Positions 1 through 9,055 of a stretch of DNA of 33,234 nucleotides are shown piece by piece. Made by a program: the position numbers and the translations under genes. Origin of the DNA: Candidatus Methylomirabilia bacterium (GTDB lineage Bacteria; Methylomirabilota; Methylomirabilia; Rokubacteriales; CSP1-6); NCBI GenBank assembly GCA_041493245.1, contig JBGPYK010000001.1, positions 1-33,234 of the forward strand, given 5' to 3'. A model generated the notes under the pieces. The model did not search any database. It saw only the letters and a program-made list of their open reading frames with translations, and had not been told where the DNA came from. Position 1 is the stretch's first letter. Each line of letters begins with the position of its first letter.

Positions 1-234
1 GTGCTCGCCGTGCTCGGCGGGATCTCGCTGTTCTTTCACTTCCACGACGGCCGCTTCCATCTCGACGCCATCTACCTGCAGCACGCCGCGATGGGCAGTA
101 CGGCCGTCGGCCTCGGCGTGGCACTACTGATCGCGCGGCGGCGTCTCGAAAGCCGCGCGTCGCTCCTCCGGTGGTCCTGGCCGGCCTTCCTCGTCCTCCT
201 CGGTCTGGTTCTGTTGCTGTATTCCGAGCTCTGA
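1..234 (+). CDS. C-terminal end of an integral membrane protein (gene runs off the left edge)
   Basis: Frame is open from base 1 to TGA at 232-234. The tail has a His-rich loop (FHFHDGRFH) and two hydrophobic helices (AVGLGVALLIA; WPAFLVLLGLVLLLY). No family recognised. Confidence 0.5.
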   Translation: MLAVLGGISLFFHFHDGRFHLDAIYLQHAAMGSTAVGLGVALLIARRRLESRASLLRWSWPAFLVLLGLVLLLYSEL

Positions 235-236
235 CC

Positions 237-1032
237 CTACGGCGCCTTGAGCTTCAGATCCTCGTAGGGGGCGGAGTAGAGGTAGTTGCCGATCAGCCCG
301 AGCCCCGACTCGGCGACGCGTGCGCCCACGCCGTTGAGGAAGGCCGGCTCCGTGAGCGGCAGGAACATCACGCGCTCGTGCATGAGCTGCTGGATCTTGT
401 GAAGGATCGCTTCGCGCTTCTTGCGATCCACTTCAGTGGCCTGCTCGCGGAAGAGCGCGTCGAGATCCGGGTAGCCGCCGTAGGCGTAGATCCCCTCCGA
501 GACGACGAACGCCTCGATCCGGGTCGAGGCATTGCCGGGGGCGCCCGACGCCGTTGCGGACGAGCGGCCGCAGCTTCTTCTCCGCGTTCTCCTTGAGGAA
601 CCCGGCGCGCTCGAGGCCCCGCACCGTCACGCGAATGCCGACGGCCTGCAGATAGTTGGCCGCGGCCTCGATGATGGTCGTGTAGGCCATGTCGGTGGCC
701 ATGGCGCCACCGTCGAAGCCGTTGGGATAACCGGCCTCGGCGAGCAGGGCGCGCGCCTTTGCCGGATCGTAGGGATGCATCGGAGCCGGCCAGGCGAACT
801 CCAGGCCGTGGGGGATGATGCTACCCGTCACGCGGGCCGCCCCCAGGTACTCCGCCTGGTTGATGGCCTGCCGGTCCACGGCGAGATTGGCGGCGAGACG
901 CACGCGGCGGTCGTGCCACGGTGAGCGCGCGTTCCACTGGTCCGCGAACTGGATCCAGTCGGTCCACGTGGCCGACGGGCAGGCACTGTCGATGTGCCGC
1001 TCCCTCCTGTGCCGCTCCGGCCCGACGGCCAC
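237..1032 (-). pseudogene. ABC transporter solute-binding protein, family 5 (DppA/OppA-like); N-terminally truncated and frameshifted
   Basis: ORFs 433-1032 and 237-431 together read as the C-terminal ~260 aa of a family-5 SBP (WHDRRVRLAANLAVDRQAINQAEYLG...; ...YGGYPDLDALFREQATEVDRKKREAILHKIQQLMHERVMFLPL). The pieces join if one base is removed from the G5 run at 537-541 (C5 on the coding strand). The N-terminal half and signal peptide are missing: an in-frame TGA lies 2 codons upstream of 1032, and the neighbouring gene ends at 1064. Confidence 0.75.
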
Positions 1033-1063
1033 ACGTCAAGGCCGGTCCGCGTCGCAGCCAGAC

Positions 1064-1750
1064 CTACCCTACTGTCCTGCTGAGGCCTGCGATCAAGCCA
1101 AGCCCCCGCGCGAGGACCGACACCGCGACGAAGAGCGAGGCCGAGCCGACGTACATCAACGCCATGGCGACGAGGTACTTGATCCAGTGACCGCGTTGCC
1201 GCGGGTGCCGAAGCGCCTCCTCGAGCGGCAAGTAGGCGAGCCCCATGATGGAGCCGTACACGAGCATCACATAGCCCAGTAGGTACAGGCTGGCCAGCGG
1301 GTTCGCGGACAGACTCTGGACAATGGCGACGAGCACCTGGGCATCCTGCTCGACCGGCACGCCGAGTACAGCCGTCGTCAGGAACACCGACGGGAGCGTG
1401 AACCGAAAGAATCTCAGGGCGACGATCCAGGCAAGGGCCCAGCCGCCGTAGTAGCCGACCCCGAACACGGTCAGGTCGTGAACGAGCGTCTGGACCTCGT
1501 CGCCCGCGAGCCGCATGGAAACCCACTTCGTGACTTCGAAGATCATCCCGCTACTCACGACCAAGAGGACCAACTTGAGGGGCGGTGGGAGGAGAACGCG
1601 TCCGACGGCACGGGCGACATGGGGACGCCAGAGCAGCGCGACCACGAAGACGACATAGATCAGCAGCGTCAGGTCCGGCGGCGAGCGCACCAGCCCCAGC
1701 AGGGGGACGACGCCGCTCGCGGCGAGCAGCAGGCGACGGCGGCGGCTCAC
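1064..1750 (-). CDS. Polytopic membrane protein of unknown function (last gene of operon A)
   Basis: 228-aa ORF with about 6 hydrophobic segments, beginning 37 nt after the methyltransferase stop on the same strand. No motif recognised. Confidence 0.6.
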   Translation of the reverse strand: MSRRRRLLLAASGVVPLLGLVRSPPDLTLLIYVVFVVALLWRPHVARAVGRVLLPPPLKLVLLVVSSGMIFEVTKWVSMRLAGDEVQTLVHDLTVFGVGYYGGWALAWIVALRFFRFTLPSVFLTTAVLGVPVEQDAQVLVAIVQSLSANPLASLYLLGYVMLVYGSIMGLAYLPLEEALRHPRQRGHWIKYLVAMALMYVGSASLFVAVSVLARGLGLIAGLSRTVG

Positions 1751-1787
1751 CGATCGGGTTCCAGCCGGCCGGACGAGTCGCTCCGGC

Positions 1788-2747
1788 TCATCTCCTCACG
1801 AGCACGACAAGCCACGGGTTGAGGGCGGTCGGGCGCAGCCAGGCCCCTGCTCGGCTCGACAGCAGTCGGAAGTACAGCTGGACCGGGCCGACGAGGAACC
1901 GCTGCCAGGGGTGCCGGGCCTTCTGCCGGAAGCTGAAGTACGGCTCGAGGGGCAGCGTCTCGATCGAGCGGCACCCGGCGCCCCGCACGAACAGCTCGGC
2001 GTAGTCGTCGAAGGAGCAGAGGAAGCGTTCTCCCGGCGAGTGAAGTCGGACGACGCCGCCCGGGTTGTGGTGCAGGTGCCACATGTCCAACGGGCACGGG
2101 CGGTTGGGACTGGCGACGACGATGTACCCGCCCGGCTTGACGACCCGCACCATCTCGCGAGCCACCTGGTTCCGCTGCTCCCGGTAGTCCGCGACCACCG
2201 CGGTCGTGTCGCCGATCACCCCGACGTGGGGCAGCAGGCACCCCGCCGTCACCAGGTCGAAGGTCTCGTCGGCAAAGGGCAGCGCCTTCGCGTTCGCCAC
2301 GTAGAGACGGTCCGGATACCGCCGCCGGCTCCAGCTCCACGTCCGCTTACCGCAGTCGATGCCGTACGCGGCGAACCCATACTCGTTGAACAGATCCACG
2401 TCCACCGCCACCCCGCATCCGTTAGACAGGATCCGCGGGCGATCCGCCACCTCAGAGCTCGCGGCAGGATCCCCCAGCAGCCGCCGCGCCAGAGGCAAGC
2501 AGTAGTTGAGCGTGGAGAAGGTGTTGGCGTGCTCCTCGGTCAGATCCCGCTCTTCATCGCGCTCGTCCTGGAACCGGTCTGCCGGGTCCTCGAGCAAGTC
2601 GAGGAAGCCGTTTCGCCGAGGGTAACTCCGCGCGCACATCGAGCACTGGAGTTCCGACGCCACGGGCTGGAGGTCCCCTCGGCAGCGTGGGCACACGATC
2701 CAACTCGGGACCACCCGCGGCTCCGGGACGTTCGAGGCAGCGCCCAT
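1788..2747 (-). CDS. Class I SAM-dependent methyltransferase with N-terminal Trm112-like zinc ribbon
   Basis: N-terminal CPRC...x17...CSMC zinc-ribbon pattern. SAM motif I-like ILSNGCGVAVD, and VVKPGGYIVVASPN. ATG at 2747 is preceded by a G7 SD-like run, 13 nt after the upstream stop. Confidence 0.8.
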   Translation of the reverse strand: MGAASNVPEPRVVPSWIVCPRCRGDLQPVASELQCSMCARSYPRRNGFLDLLEDPADRFQDERDEERDLTEEHANTFSTLNYCLPLARRLLGDPAASSEVADRPRILSNGCGVAVDVDLFNEYGFAAYGIDCGKRTWSWSRRRYPDRLYVANAKALPFADETFDLVTAGCLLPHVGVIGDTTAVVADYREQRNQVAREMVRVVKPGGYIVVASPNRPCPLDMWHLHHNPGGVVRLHSPGERFLCSFDDYAELFVRGAGCRSIETLPLEPYFSFRQKARHPWQRFLVGPVQLYFRLLSSRAGAWLRPTALNPWLVVLVRR

Positions 2748-2760
2748 GCGACGCCCCCCC

Positions 2761-3960
2761 TCAGGCGGGCGGCTTCGCCTGGCGCCGCGTCGCGCGTAGC
2801 TCGTCGAGCAGCGTCGCGAACCGGGCCCCGAGCACCTGCCAGTCGTACTGGCGCTCGATCAGCCGCCGGCCTGCCACTGCCAGGTGACTCCGCAGCTCGG
2901 GCGACCGCAATACCTTCACCGTCTCGCGGGCGAAGGCGGTGGGCTCGTCGGCGAGTAGGATGTCCTCCCCGTGGGTCGCGGCGACCCCTTCCGCACCGAT
3001 CGTGGTCGAGACCACCGGCGTCCCGAGCGCGAGCGATTCGAGTACCTTGAACCGGGTCCCTCCGGCGCCGGTGCGCAGGGGCACCGCGCACGCCCAGCTC
3101 CCGGCGATCACCGGTCGCACGTCCGGGACGTACCCCGTGTACTCGACCCCGGGCGCCTGCGGAGCGAAGTTCCTGGCAGGGATCCGCCCCGTGACCACGA
3201 ACCTCACCGCCGGCACCTCGGCACGGATGAGGGGCAGAATCTCCTGGATGAAGTGGCGAGCGCCGTCCAGGTTCGGCGGGTACGTCAACGCGCCGGGGAA
3301 CACCAGCGTGTCAGGCTGGGGCGACGCCAGGCCGAGGGGGTAGCCGGAGAGATCCAGGCCGTTCGGGAGGACCTCCACCCGCGGCCACGCGGGAGCGGCG
3401 GCGACCAGGGCGGCCCGGTCTTCCTCCGAATTGACCACGCACAGGTCATAGCAGTGGGCGATCCGCCTCAGGTGCGCCGCGAACTTCATCCTCCGGAGCG
3501 CCCACAGAGCCTGACGGGGTCCGGTCGAGATCGCCCGCAGCCGCTCGAACTGCAAGGTGGCAACGCACACGTAGTCCAGGATGCGGACGCGGTCCGTGTA
3601 CGGAGCGACGTAGTGCGTGAGGCCCGGGTCGCCGGCCACCAGGACGTCCGGCGAGAACTGAGCCACCAGGCGGGTCACGTGGCGCTCCATCTCGGCGCTG
3701 TGGAATTCGCTCACATCGGACGGGCTGAGGGACAGCCACCGCCGCGGCCGTGGGCCAGGGGGACGCGGGGGGACAATCTTGACGTCCCGGAAATGGCCGC
3801 TCCACACGCCGGCAGGTGACGCGCCAGCCCCGTCGTCCGCAAAGCACGCCAGCGCGACCTCGTGATGCTTCGCCAGCTCGAGAGCCACGGCAGCCGCGCG
3901 CAGCTTGCCGCCATTGTCGGGGGGGAAGGGCAGGGTCGGAGAGATGATGACGATTCGCAT
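2761..3960 (-). CDS. Glycosyltransferase family 4 (GT-B fold)
   Basis: MRIVIISPTLPFPPDNGGKLR N-terminus and a C-terminal E-x7-E-type region (GTRFKVLESLALGTPVVST). The start was moved from the track's 4098 to ATG 3960, because the upstream flippase stops at 3968. Confidence 0.9.
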   Translation of the reverse strand: MRIVIISPTLPFPPDNGGKLRAAAVALELAKHHEVALACFADDGAGASPAGVWSGHFRDVKIVPPRPPGPRPRRWLSLSPSDVSEFHSAEMERHVTRLVAQFSPDVLVAGDPGLTHYVAPYTDRVRILDYVCVATLQFERLRAISTGPRQALWALRRMKFAAHLRRIAHCYDLCVVNSEEDRAALVAAAPAWPRVEVLPNGLDLSGYPLGLASPQPDTLVFPGALTYPPNLDGARHFIQEILPLIRAEVPAVRFVVTGRIPARNFAPQAPGVEYTGYVPDVRPVIAGSWACAVPLRTGAGGTRFKVLESLALGTPVVSTTIGAEGVAATHGEDILLADEPTAFARETVKVLRSPELRSHLAVAGRRLIERQYDWQVLGARFATLLDELRATRRQAKPPA

Positions 3961-3967
3961 CGTGCGC

Positions 3968-5308
3968 CTACGCTGGCGGAGTGGCCGCGCGGTCGAGATC
4001 GGGCCCGGTCGCCGACAGGGCGACAGCCGCCCACACGAGGCAGAACACAGTGCCCACCACGCGGCCACCCAGCAGGACCAGGGCGGCCCCCAGGGCACCC
4101 AGGCTCGGCACGAGCCCCGCGTAGCCCGCGAGCGCCGCCACCAGGCCGATTCCTGCTGCCTTCGCCAGGAGGTCCGGTCGCCCCTCGACGAGGAGCAGCA
4201 CGACCAGGGTCGTGGTCGCCAGCTCCAGCGCGTAGGCGAGACCGAGGATACGAAGCACGGGGACGGCCTCCTCGTATGCGCGCCCGTAGAAGGTCGACAC
4301 GAGCGGCGCCGCGGCCACCATCACCCCGCCGGCCACGACCACGGCGAGCCCACCCACGAGGATGGCCGCCCGCCCCAACGCCCGGCGCCGGGCGCGCCCG
4401 GCGCTCATGCGGCCGAATCGCGGGAGCAGGACCGCCAGGCTCGCCATCGTGAGCACGGAGACTCCAGTGACGATGGCGCGCGCCGCGGCATAGACTCCCA
4501 CCGCTGACGCCCCTCGATAGTAGCTCAACGCGAGCGTGTCCACGGTGTTCGCGAACGTCCCGAACACGACCGTCGGAACGAGCCAGCCGGCGTACCGCCA
4601 GAGATCGCCGGCGACCGTCCGGTACTCGCCGTGCGCTTCGCGGAGCCGGCGCTGGCTCGGCGCCAGGGCGACGACGCTCCCCAAGTAGAGCGAGCAGACG
4701 TAGACCGTCAGGGCCACGCCGACCGTCAGCCCGCCGAGCGCGACCAGCCCCAGCAGCGGCAGAGCTCGCAGCAGCGCCACGGTCACTCCTACCGCAGCAA
4801 ACGACCCGAGCCGCTGGCGAGCCTGAAGGATGGCCAGCCCCAGCTCCGTCAGAGCCACCGCCAGTGCCGCGACGAAGGCGGTCCTCAGGGCGATCACCAG
4901 CTCGGGGCGCCCCAAGATCGAGTCGCCCGCGTACTCCGCGCCGACGAGACCCACGACCATGAGGCCCAGACCCACGACGAGCTTCCCGGCGCCGACGAGC
5001 TGGAAGACCGCCCACGCCCGCTGCGGCGCCCGCTCCCAGTACGGCGCACTGACGCGCATCGCCGCGATGTCGACGCCCATGCCGAGCACCAGCTCGCCCA
5101 CGCTTGTCCCGACCAGCACGCCGAACGCGTAGATGCCGAACGGCGCGGGCCCCAGGGCCCGGGCGAGGGCGATCATCACAATGAAGCTCGACACCTGCAT
5201 GAACGCCCGGGTACCCGCGGCCTGCACGAAGTCGAGCACCGACGCGTGCAGGAACGATCCCGCCCAGGGTCGCTCGGCCGGCATCATCTTTCTGACGGCC
5301 GTCACCAT
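3968..5308 (-). CDS. wzx: Wzx-like oligosaccharide flippase (MOP/polysaccharide biosynthesis protein family)
   Basis: ~445-aa protein that is hydrophobic throughout (about 12-14 helices), with size and position typical of Wzx. ATG 5308 was chosen because the upstream gene stops at 5314; ATGs at 5287 and 5284 are alternatives. Confidence 0.7.
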   Translation of the reverse strand: MVTAVRKMMPAERPWAGSFLHASVLDFVQAAGTRAFMQVSSFIVMIALARALGPAPFGIYAFGVLVGTSVGELVLGMGVDIAAMRVSAPYWERAPQRAWAVFQLVGAGKLVVGLGLMVVGLVGAEYAGDSILGRPELVIALRTAFVAALAVALTELGLAILQARQRLGSFAAVGVTVALLRALPLLGLVALGGLTVGVALTVYVCSLYLGSVVALAPSQRRLREAHGEYRTVAGDLWRYAGWLVPTVVFGTFANTVDTLALSYYRGASAVGVYAAARAIVTGVSVLTMASLAVLLPRFGRMSAGRARRRALGRAAILVGGLAVVVAGGVMVAAAPLVSTFYGRAYEEAVPVLRILGLAYALELATTTLVVLLLVEGRPDLLAKAAGIGLVAALAGYAGLVPSLGALGAALVLLGGRVVGTVFCLVWAAVALSATGPDLDRAATPPA

Positions 5309-5313
5309 CTCCC

Positions 5314-6321
5314 TCAGCGCGCCGGGCCTCCGCCCTCCGCACCGAACTCGGCGCGATACCACGCCACCGTCCGCCGTAGCCCCTCCCGCAGCGGGACGCT
5401 CGGCTTCCAGCCCAGCGCCCGCAGCCGGCTCGTCTTCGGGGCCCAGCGCTGGGGATCACCGGGTCGCACCGCCCCGCTCCACCGGACCCGCGGGCGAACC
5501 CCCATCAACTCGCTCAGCAGGTCCATCAGCTCCCGGATGCTCGCCGGCTCCCCGCTCGCGACGTTGTACGTCTCGCCCCGGAGGGCGCCGTTCAGCGCCG
5601 CACACACCGCCGCACGCACCACGTCGCCGACGTAGTTGAAGTCGCGCACCTGCGTCCCGTCCCCCAGCGCCTCGATCTCGCCGCTCCTGTTCCCCAGCTT
5701 TCGCATGAAGTCGTACACTACCTGCTTCCGCTGGCGAGGCCCGTACACAGAGAACAGACGGAGCGACGCCATCCGCAGCCCGTACAGCTGCGCGTACACC
5801 GCCACGTACCGCTCCGCGGCGAGCTTGCTGACGCCGTACGGCGAGATCGGCACCGTCGGGTCCTCCTCTCCGACCGACGAGGCCTCGCTCTCCCCGTAGA
5901 CGGCGGCCGACGAGGCGACGATCAGCCCCGTCGCCGGCCGGGTCTTGCGCAACGCCTCCAGCACGGATAGGGTCCCAACGACGTTCAGCTGGAAGTCGTA
6001 CCACGGGTCCTCGACCGAGGGCGGCACGTACGGGTTGGCGGCGAGATGAAAGATCAGGTCGAACTCTCGGGCGCGGAGCAGCTCTCCGAACGTCGCGCTC
6101 AGCACATCGTCCTGCACGTACTCGATCGTCGTCCGGCACTGCTCCAGGTTCGCCATCCGGCCGGTCCTGAGGTCGTCCACGACCGTCACCCGCGCACCGG
6201 CCAAGATGAGAGTCTCCACGAGATGTGAGCCGATGAACCCGGCCCCGCCGGTGACCAGAACCGTTCGTCCCGCGAGCCGCTCGGGCTCGATCACGTCCAA
6301 TCCTTGGTTCTCCTCACGCAC
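5314..6321 (-). CDS. NAD-dependent sugar epimerase/dehydratase (extended SDR, UDP-hexose 4-epimerase-like)
   Basis: VLVTGGAGFIGSHL Rossmann motif, FHLAA, catalytic SPYGVSKLAAE (YxxxK), FSVYGPRQ. GTG start at 6321; GTG 6294 (AAGGA SD) is an alternative. Confidence 0.9.
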   Translation of the reverse strand: MREENQGLDVIEPERLAGRTVLVTGGAGFIGSHLVETLILAGARVTVVDDLRTGRMANLEQCRTTIEYVQDDVLSATFGELLRAREFDLIFHLAANPYVPPSVEDPWYDFQLNVVGTLSVLEALRKTRPATGLIVASSAAVYGESEASSVGEEDPTVPISPYGVSKLAAERYVAVYAQLYGLRMASLRLFSVYGPRQRKQVVYDFMRKLGNRSGEIEALGDGTQVRDFNYVGDVVRAAVCAALNGALRGETYNVASGEPASIRELMDLLSELMGVRPRVRWSGAVRPGDPQRWAPKTSRLRALGWKPSVPLREGLRRTVAWYRAEFGAEGGGPAR

Positions 6322-6327
6322 TCGACG

Positions 6328-7797
6328 TCAACGAGCCGGGCTCGCGGCGGCAGAAGCCCGCACCGCACCACGCCACCCGCCGTGGACCGGCGTTCCCGCT
6401 AGCTTCGCCTCCACGCGCACGAGCGCCGCAGCCAGCGCAAACATGAGCCACAGGTAGCGGAAGCTGCCGACCATCGGATACCCCAGCATGGCGATCGCCA
6501 GCCCGGCCAGCGCAACCAGACTGGCTCGCGCGTATGACGCCAGCTCCGGCTCACCCAGCGCGTCGAACCGGCTCACCAGCACGCGAAGCTGCCGCAAGGC
6601 TACGACGACCAGGGCCACGAGGATTACCAGACCGCCCAGTCCCAGTTCCACTCCCGCCAGGATATAGCTGTTGTGTAGCGGCACGGTGGCACCGGGGATC
6701 CCGGTCTGCACGAGGTGTCGGGCGCTCTCCGGCCAGTTGAGGTGCTGTTGCGCCACGCCCACTCCGAGCACCGGGTGCTCGAGCATCATCCGGATCCCGA
6801 TCGGTGTCGTGCTGACGCGCCAGGCCCCGCTGTCCTCCGCCGCCGCGCCGCTCGGTAACGCGACGGACCCCATGGAGATCACTCGGTCGCGCAGCGGGGC
6901 CCAGGCCATCAAGGCCAGGAAGGTCATCATCGCGACGACCGGCGCGAAGGCCACCACGCGCCGCCGGTCGACCATCCACGCCATCAGAAAGAGCACGATG
7001 GCGGTCGTCAGGATGGCGCCGCGCGTGAAGGATAGCAGGTGAGCGGCACCGAACGCGATGAGGACCAGCACCCCGAGGAGCCGCCGGGACCGGCTTCCCT
7101 GCCGCACCATCCAGAAGAACACGAAGGGCATGAGCGTCTGCAGTGACAGCGGAAGAAAGTCGGGCGTCCCCGTGATGCTATCGATTCGAAACCACCCTTC
7201 CCAATGCTGAAGGTCGAGCCCGGTCTGCCCGCGAAAGAATTGCTGGGACAGGGCATAGGCCGTGGTCGAAGGCGGCCAGACGAAGTGCGTCCATGCCTGG
7301 ACGAGTCCAACCACAGCCGTGACGATGCCAGACGCGACCATCAGCCCCACCACGGTCCGCAGCGCCCGCCGGTCGTCCACGATGGTTACGAAGAGCCACG
7401 CCAGGGCGAAGTAGCTGACGTGCACGACCGCCGCGGACCAGATCTCCTCACGAGTCAAGGGGTTGATCGCCGACGCCAGGACGAGCGCGACGTAGAACCC
7501 CACGAGGATCAGCAGCGGGCTCCTGGTGAATAGCGGCCTTCGCGTCCGCAGCACCCACAGGAGCGCCGACACCGTCACCAGCAGCCCCGCGTACCGCGAC
7601 AGGTTCCACGGCCACTGGCCGATGATGGTGGCGGCAAGCCCGTACACTCCCAGGCGCGGCCACAGCAGGATCGCCAGCGCGGCCGGGAAGGCCACCGCCA
7701 GCCCGAAGGCCACCAGCGGGCTGAACATCGTAAGCAACAACGCGACGAGTCCGAGCTGCGCCGACCCGACACCGATCAGGAGGGCGGCGGGTGGCAT
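6328..7797 (-). CDS. wzy: O-antigen polymerase/ligase family membrane protein (Wzy_C domain)
   Basis: Polytopic protein with LLSFTRGAILTTAIVL and PLHNSYILAGVELGLGGLVIL, typical of the Wzy/WaaL family. ATG 7797 was chosen (upstream gene stops at 7817); the track ORF extends to 7917. Confidence 0.8.
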   Translation of the reverse strand: MPPAALLIGVGSAQLGLVALLLTMFSPLVAFGLAVAFPAALAILLWPRLGVYGLAATIIGQWPWNLSRYAGLLVTVSALLWVLRTRRPLFTRSPLLILVGFYVALVLASAINPLTREEIWSAAVVHVSYFALAWLFVTIVDDRRALRTVVGLMVASGIVTAVVGLVQAWTHFVWPPSTTAYALSQQFFRGQTGLDLQHWEGWFRIDSITGTPDFLPLSLQTLMPFVFFWMVRQGSRSRRLLGVLVLIAFGAAHLLSFTRGAILTTAIVLFLMAWMVDRRRVVAFAPVVAMMTFLALMAWAPLRDRVISMGSVALPSGAAAEDSGAWRVSTTPIGIRMMLEHPVLGVGVAQQHLNWPESARHLVQTGIPGATVPLHNSYILAGVELGLGGLVILVALVVVALRQLRVLVSRFDALGEPELASYARASLVALAGLAIAMLGYPMVGSFRYLWLMFALAAALVRVEAKLAGTPVHGGWRGAVRASAAASPAR

Positions 7798-7816
7798 CAG
7801 GCGCGACGGGCCCACC

Positions 7817-9055
7817 CTACGGCCATGGGCGTCCGCCCTGGTCGCCCCCGGCGCCGAGGCCGCTGGCCGCGGGGGCGAGTCGGCCGGCGGTGACGCCGGC
7901 CAGCCCCAGCGCGGCATCGTACGAGCGCATGATCTCGGCCGCCACGTGATCGGCGCTGAACCGTGCCTCCACCGCGCGCCGTGCCGCCGCGCCCATCGCG
8001 CGCGCGGCCGGAAGGTCCCTCAACAGCGTGATCGTCGCGTCCGCCAGCGCCGCCGGGTCACCCGGAGTGACCAGATAGCCCATCTCGCCGTCGGCGACCG
8101 CCTCCTGGGATCCGTACACCCTCGTGGCCACGATCGGCAGCCCCGTCGCCATCCCCTCCAGCAGGCCGACCGACATGCCGTCCCGGACTGACGGCACCAC
8201 CATCAAGTCGGCGGCCCTCAGCGCCTCCAGCCGGTCCGGGTAGTAGCCCGTGAAGCGCACGTGGGCGGCGACGCCGAGCTCCACGGCCTCGCGCCGAAGA
8301 TCCTCGAGCAGCCAGCCCTCGCCGACCGCCAGGTAGATGGTCTGGGGATGCGCCTGCAGCACCCGGAGCATCGCCCGCAGCATGTACCGGTGGCCCTTCT
8401 CGGGATGCAGTCGCGCCAACTGGATCAGCACGGGGACTCCGTCGGGCAGGCCCAGGGCCGCTCTGGCGGTCCGCCGCTGCTCGACCGTCGCCGGGTAAAT
8501 CTCGCTCGTGTCCACGTAGCTCGGAATGATGTCGACCCTCCCCGCCCGAAACCCGAACCGGACCAGCTCGTCCTTCAGCGTCCCGGAGTTGGCCAGCACC
8601 CGGCGGAAGAAGCGCAGGCTGACGAGGCTCGTCGCCTCCGCCAGCTGCACGCGGAGTGGCCACATCGGGAAGCAGCCGAAGTAAGATCCGACCAGGGGAA
8701 TCCCCAGCCCGGGGCGCGCCAGCAGGGTCGCCACTTCCGCCTTTGCACCGTAGGTATGAACCATGTCGACCTGCTCCCGCTGCAGGACCCGTCGCAGCTT
8801 CACCACCACTCCCGGGTCGTAGTCCCAGCGCGTCGCCACCACCTCACTGGCCAGGCCCCGCCGGATCGCTTCTTCGTGAAGCGCGACTCGCAGCGGCTCC
8901 CCATCCCAGAGGTTCACGATGAGGTGGTCGAACCGGCTCCCGCGGAGCCGCTCGGCCAGCATCAGGATCAGGTTCTCGGGCCCCTGGATGCCGCAGTCGC
9001 AGGATCGGATCGCGGCCACCTTGACGCGTCTCTCGCGCACCGTCCTCCTCTTCAC
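7817..9055 (-). CDS. Glycosyltransferase family 4
   Basis: GT-B C-terminal signature (LARLHPEKGHRYML..., VVPSVRDGMSVGLLEGMATGLPIVATRV). The GTG start overlaps the upstream stop as GTGA (9052-9055). Confidence 0.85.
   Translation of the reverse strand: MKRRTVRERRVKVAAIRSCDCGIQGPENLILMLAERLRGSRFDHLIVNLWDGEPLRVALHEEAIRRGLASEVVATRWDYDPGVVVKLRRVLQREQVDMVHTYGAKAEVATLLARPGLGIPLVGSYFGCFPMWPLRVQLAEATSLVSLRFFRRVLANSGTLKDELVRFGFRAGRVDIIPSYVDTSEIYPATVEQRRTARAALGLPDGVPVLIQLARLHPEKGHRYMLRAMLRVLQAHPQTIYLAVGEGWLLEDLRREAVELGVAAHVRFTGYYPDRLEALRAADLMVVPSVRDGMSVGLLEGMATGLPIVATRVYGSQEAVADGEMGYLVTPGDPAALADATITLLRDLPAARAMGAAARRAVEARFSADHVAAEIMRSYDAALGLAGVTAGRLAPAASGLGAGGDQGGRPWP

Noticed and set aside
2761-4098. 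Track start sites giving long N-terminal extensions. Examples: GT4 to 4098, Wzy-like to 7917, RmlD-like to 11652, CapD-like to 12647, GT-C to 24913.
   Set aside because: The extensions overlap the 3' ends of upstream genes and are Arg/Pro/Gly-rich. Internal ATG/GTG codons lie a few nt after the upstream stop, often with an SD, and coincide with the start of family homology.
3711-5459. 582-aa minus-strand ORF overlapping the flippase gene in another frame
   Set aside because: Its composition is dominated by Arg/Gly/Ala/Pro with no motifs. The overlapping frame encodes a coherent polytopic membrane protein. This is a typical shadow ORF of high-GC DNA.
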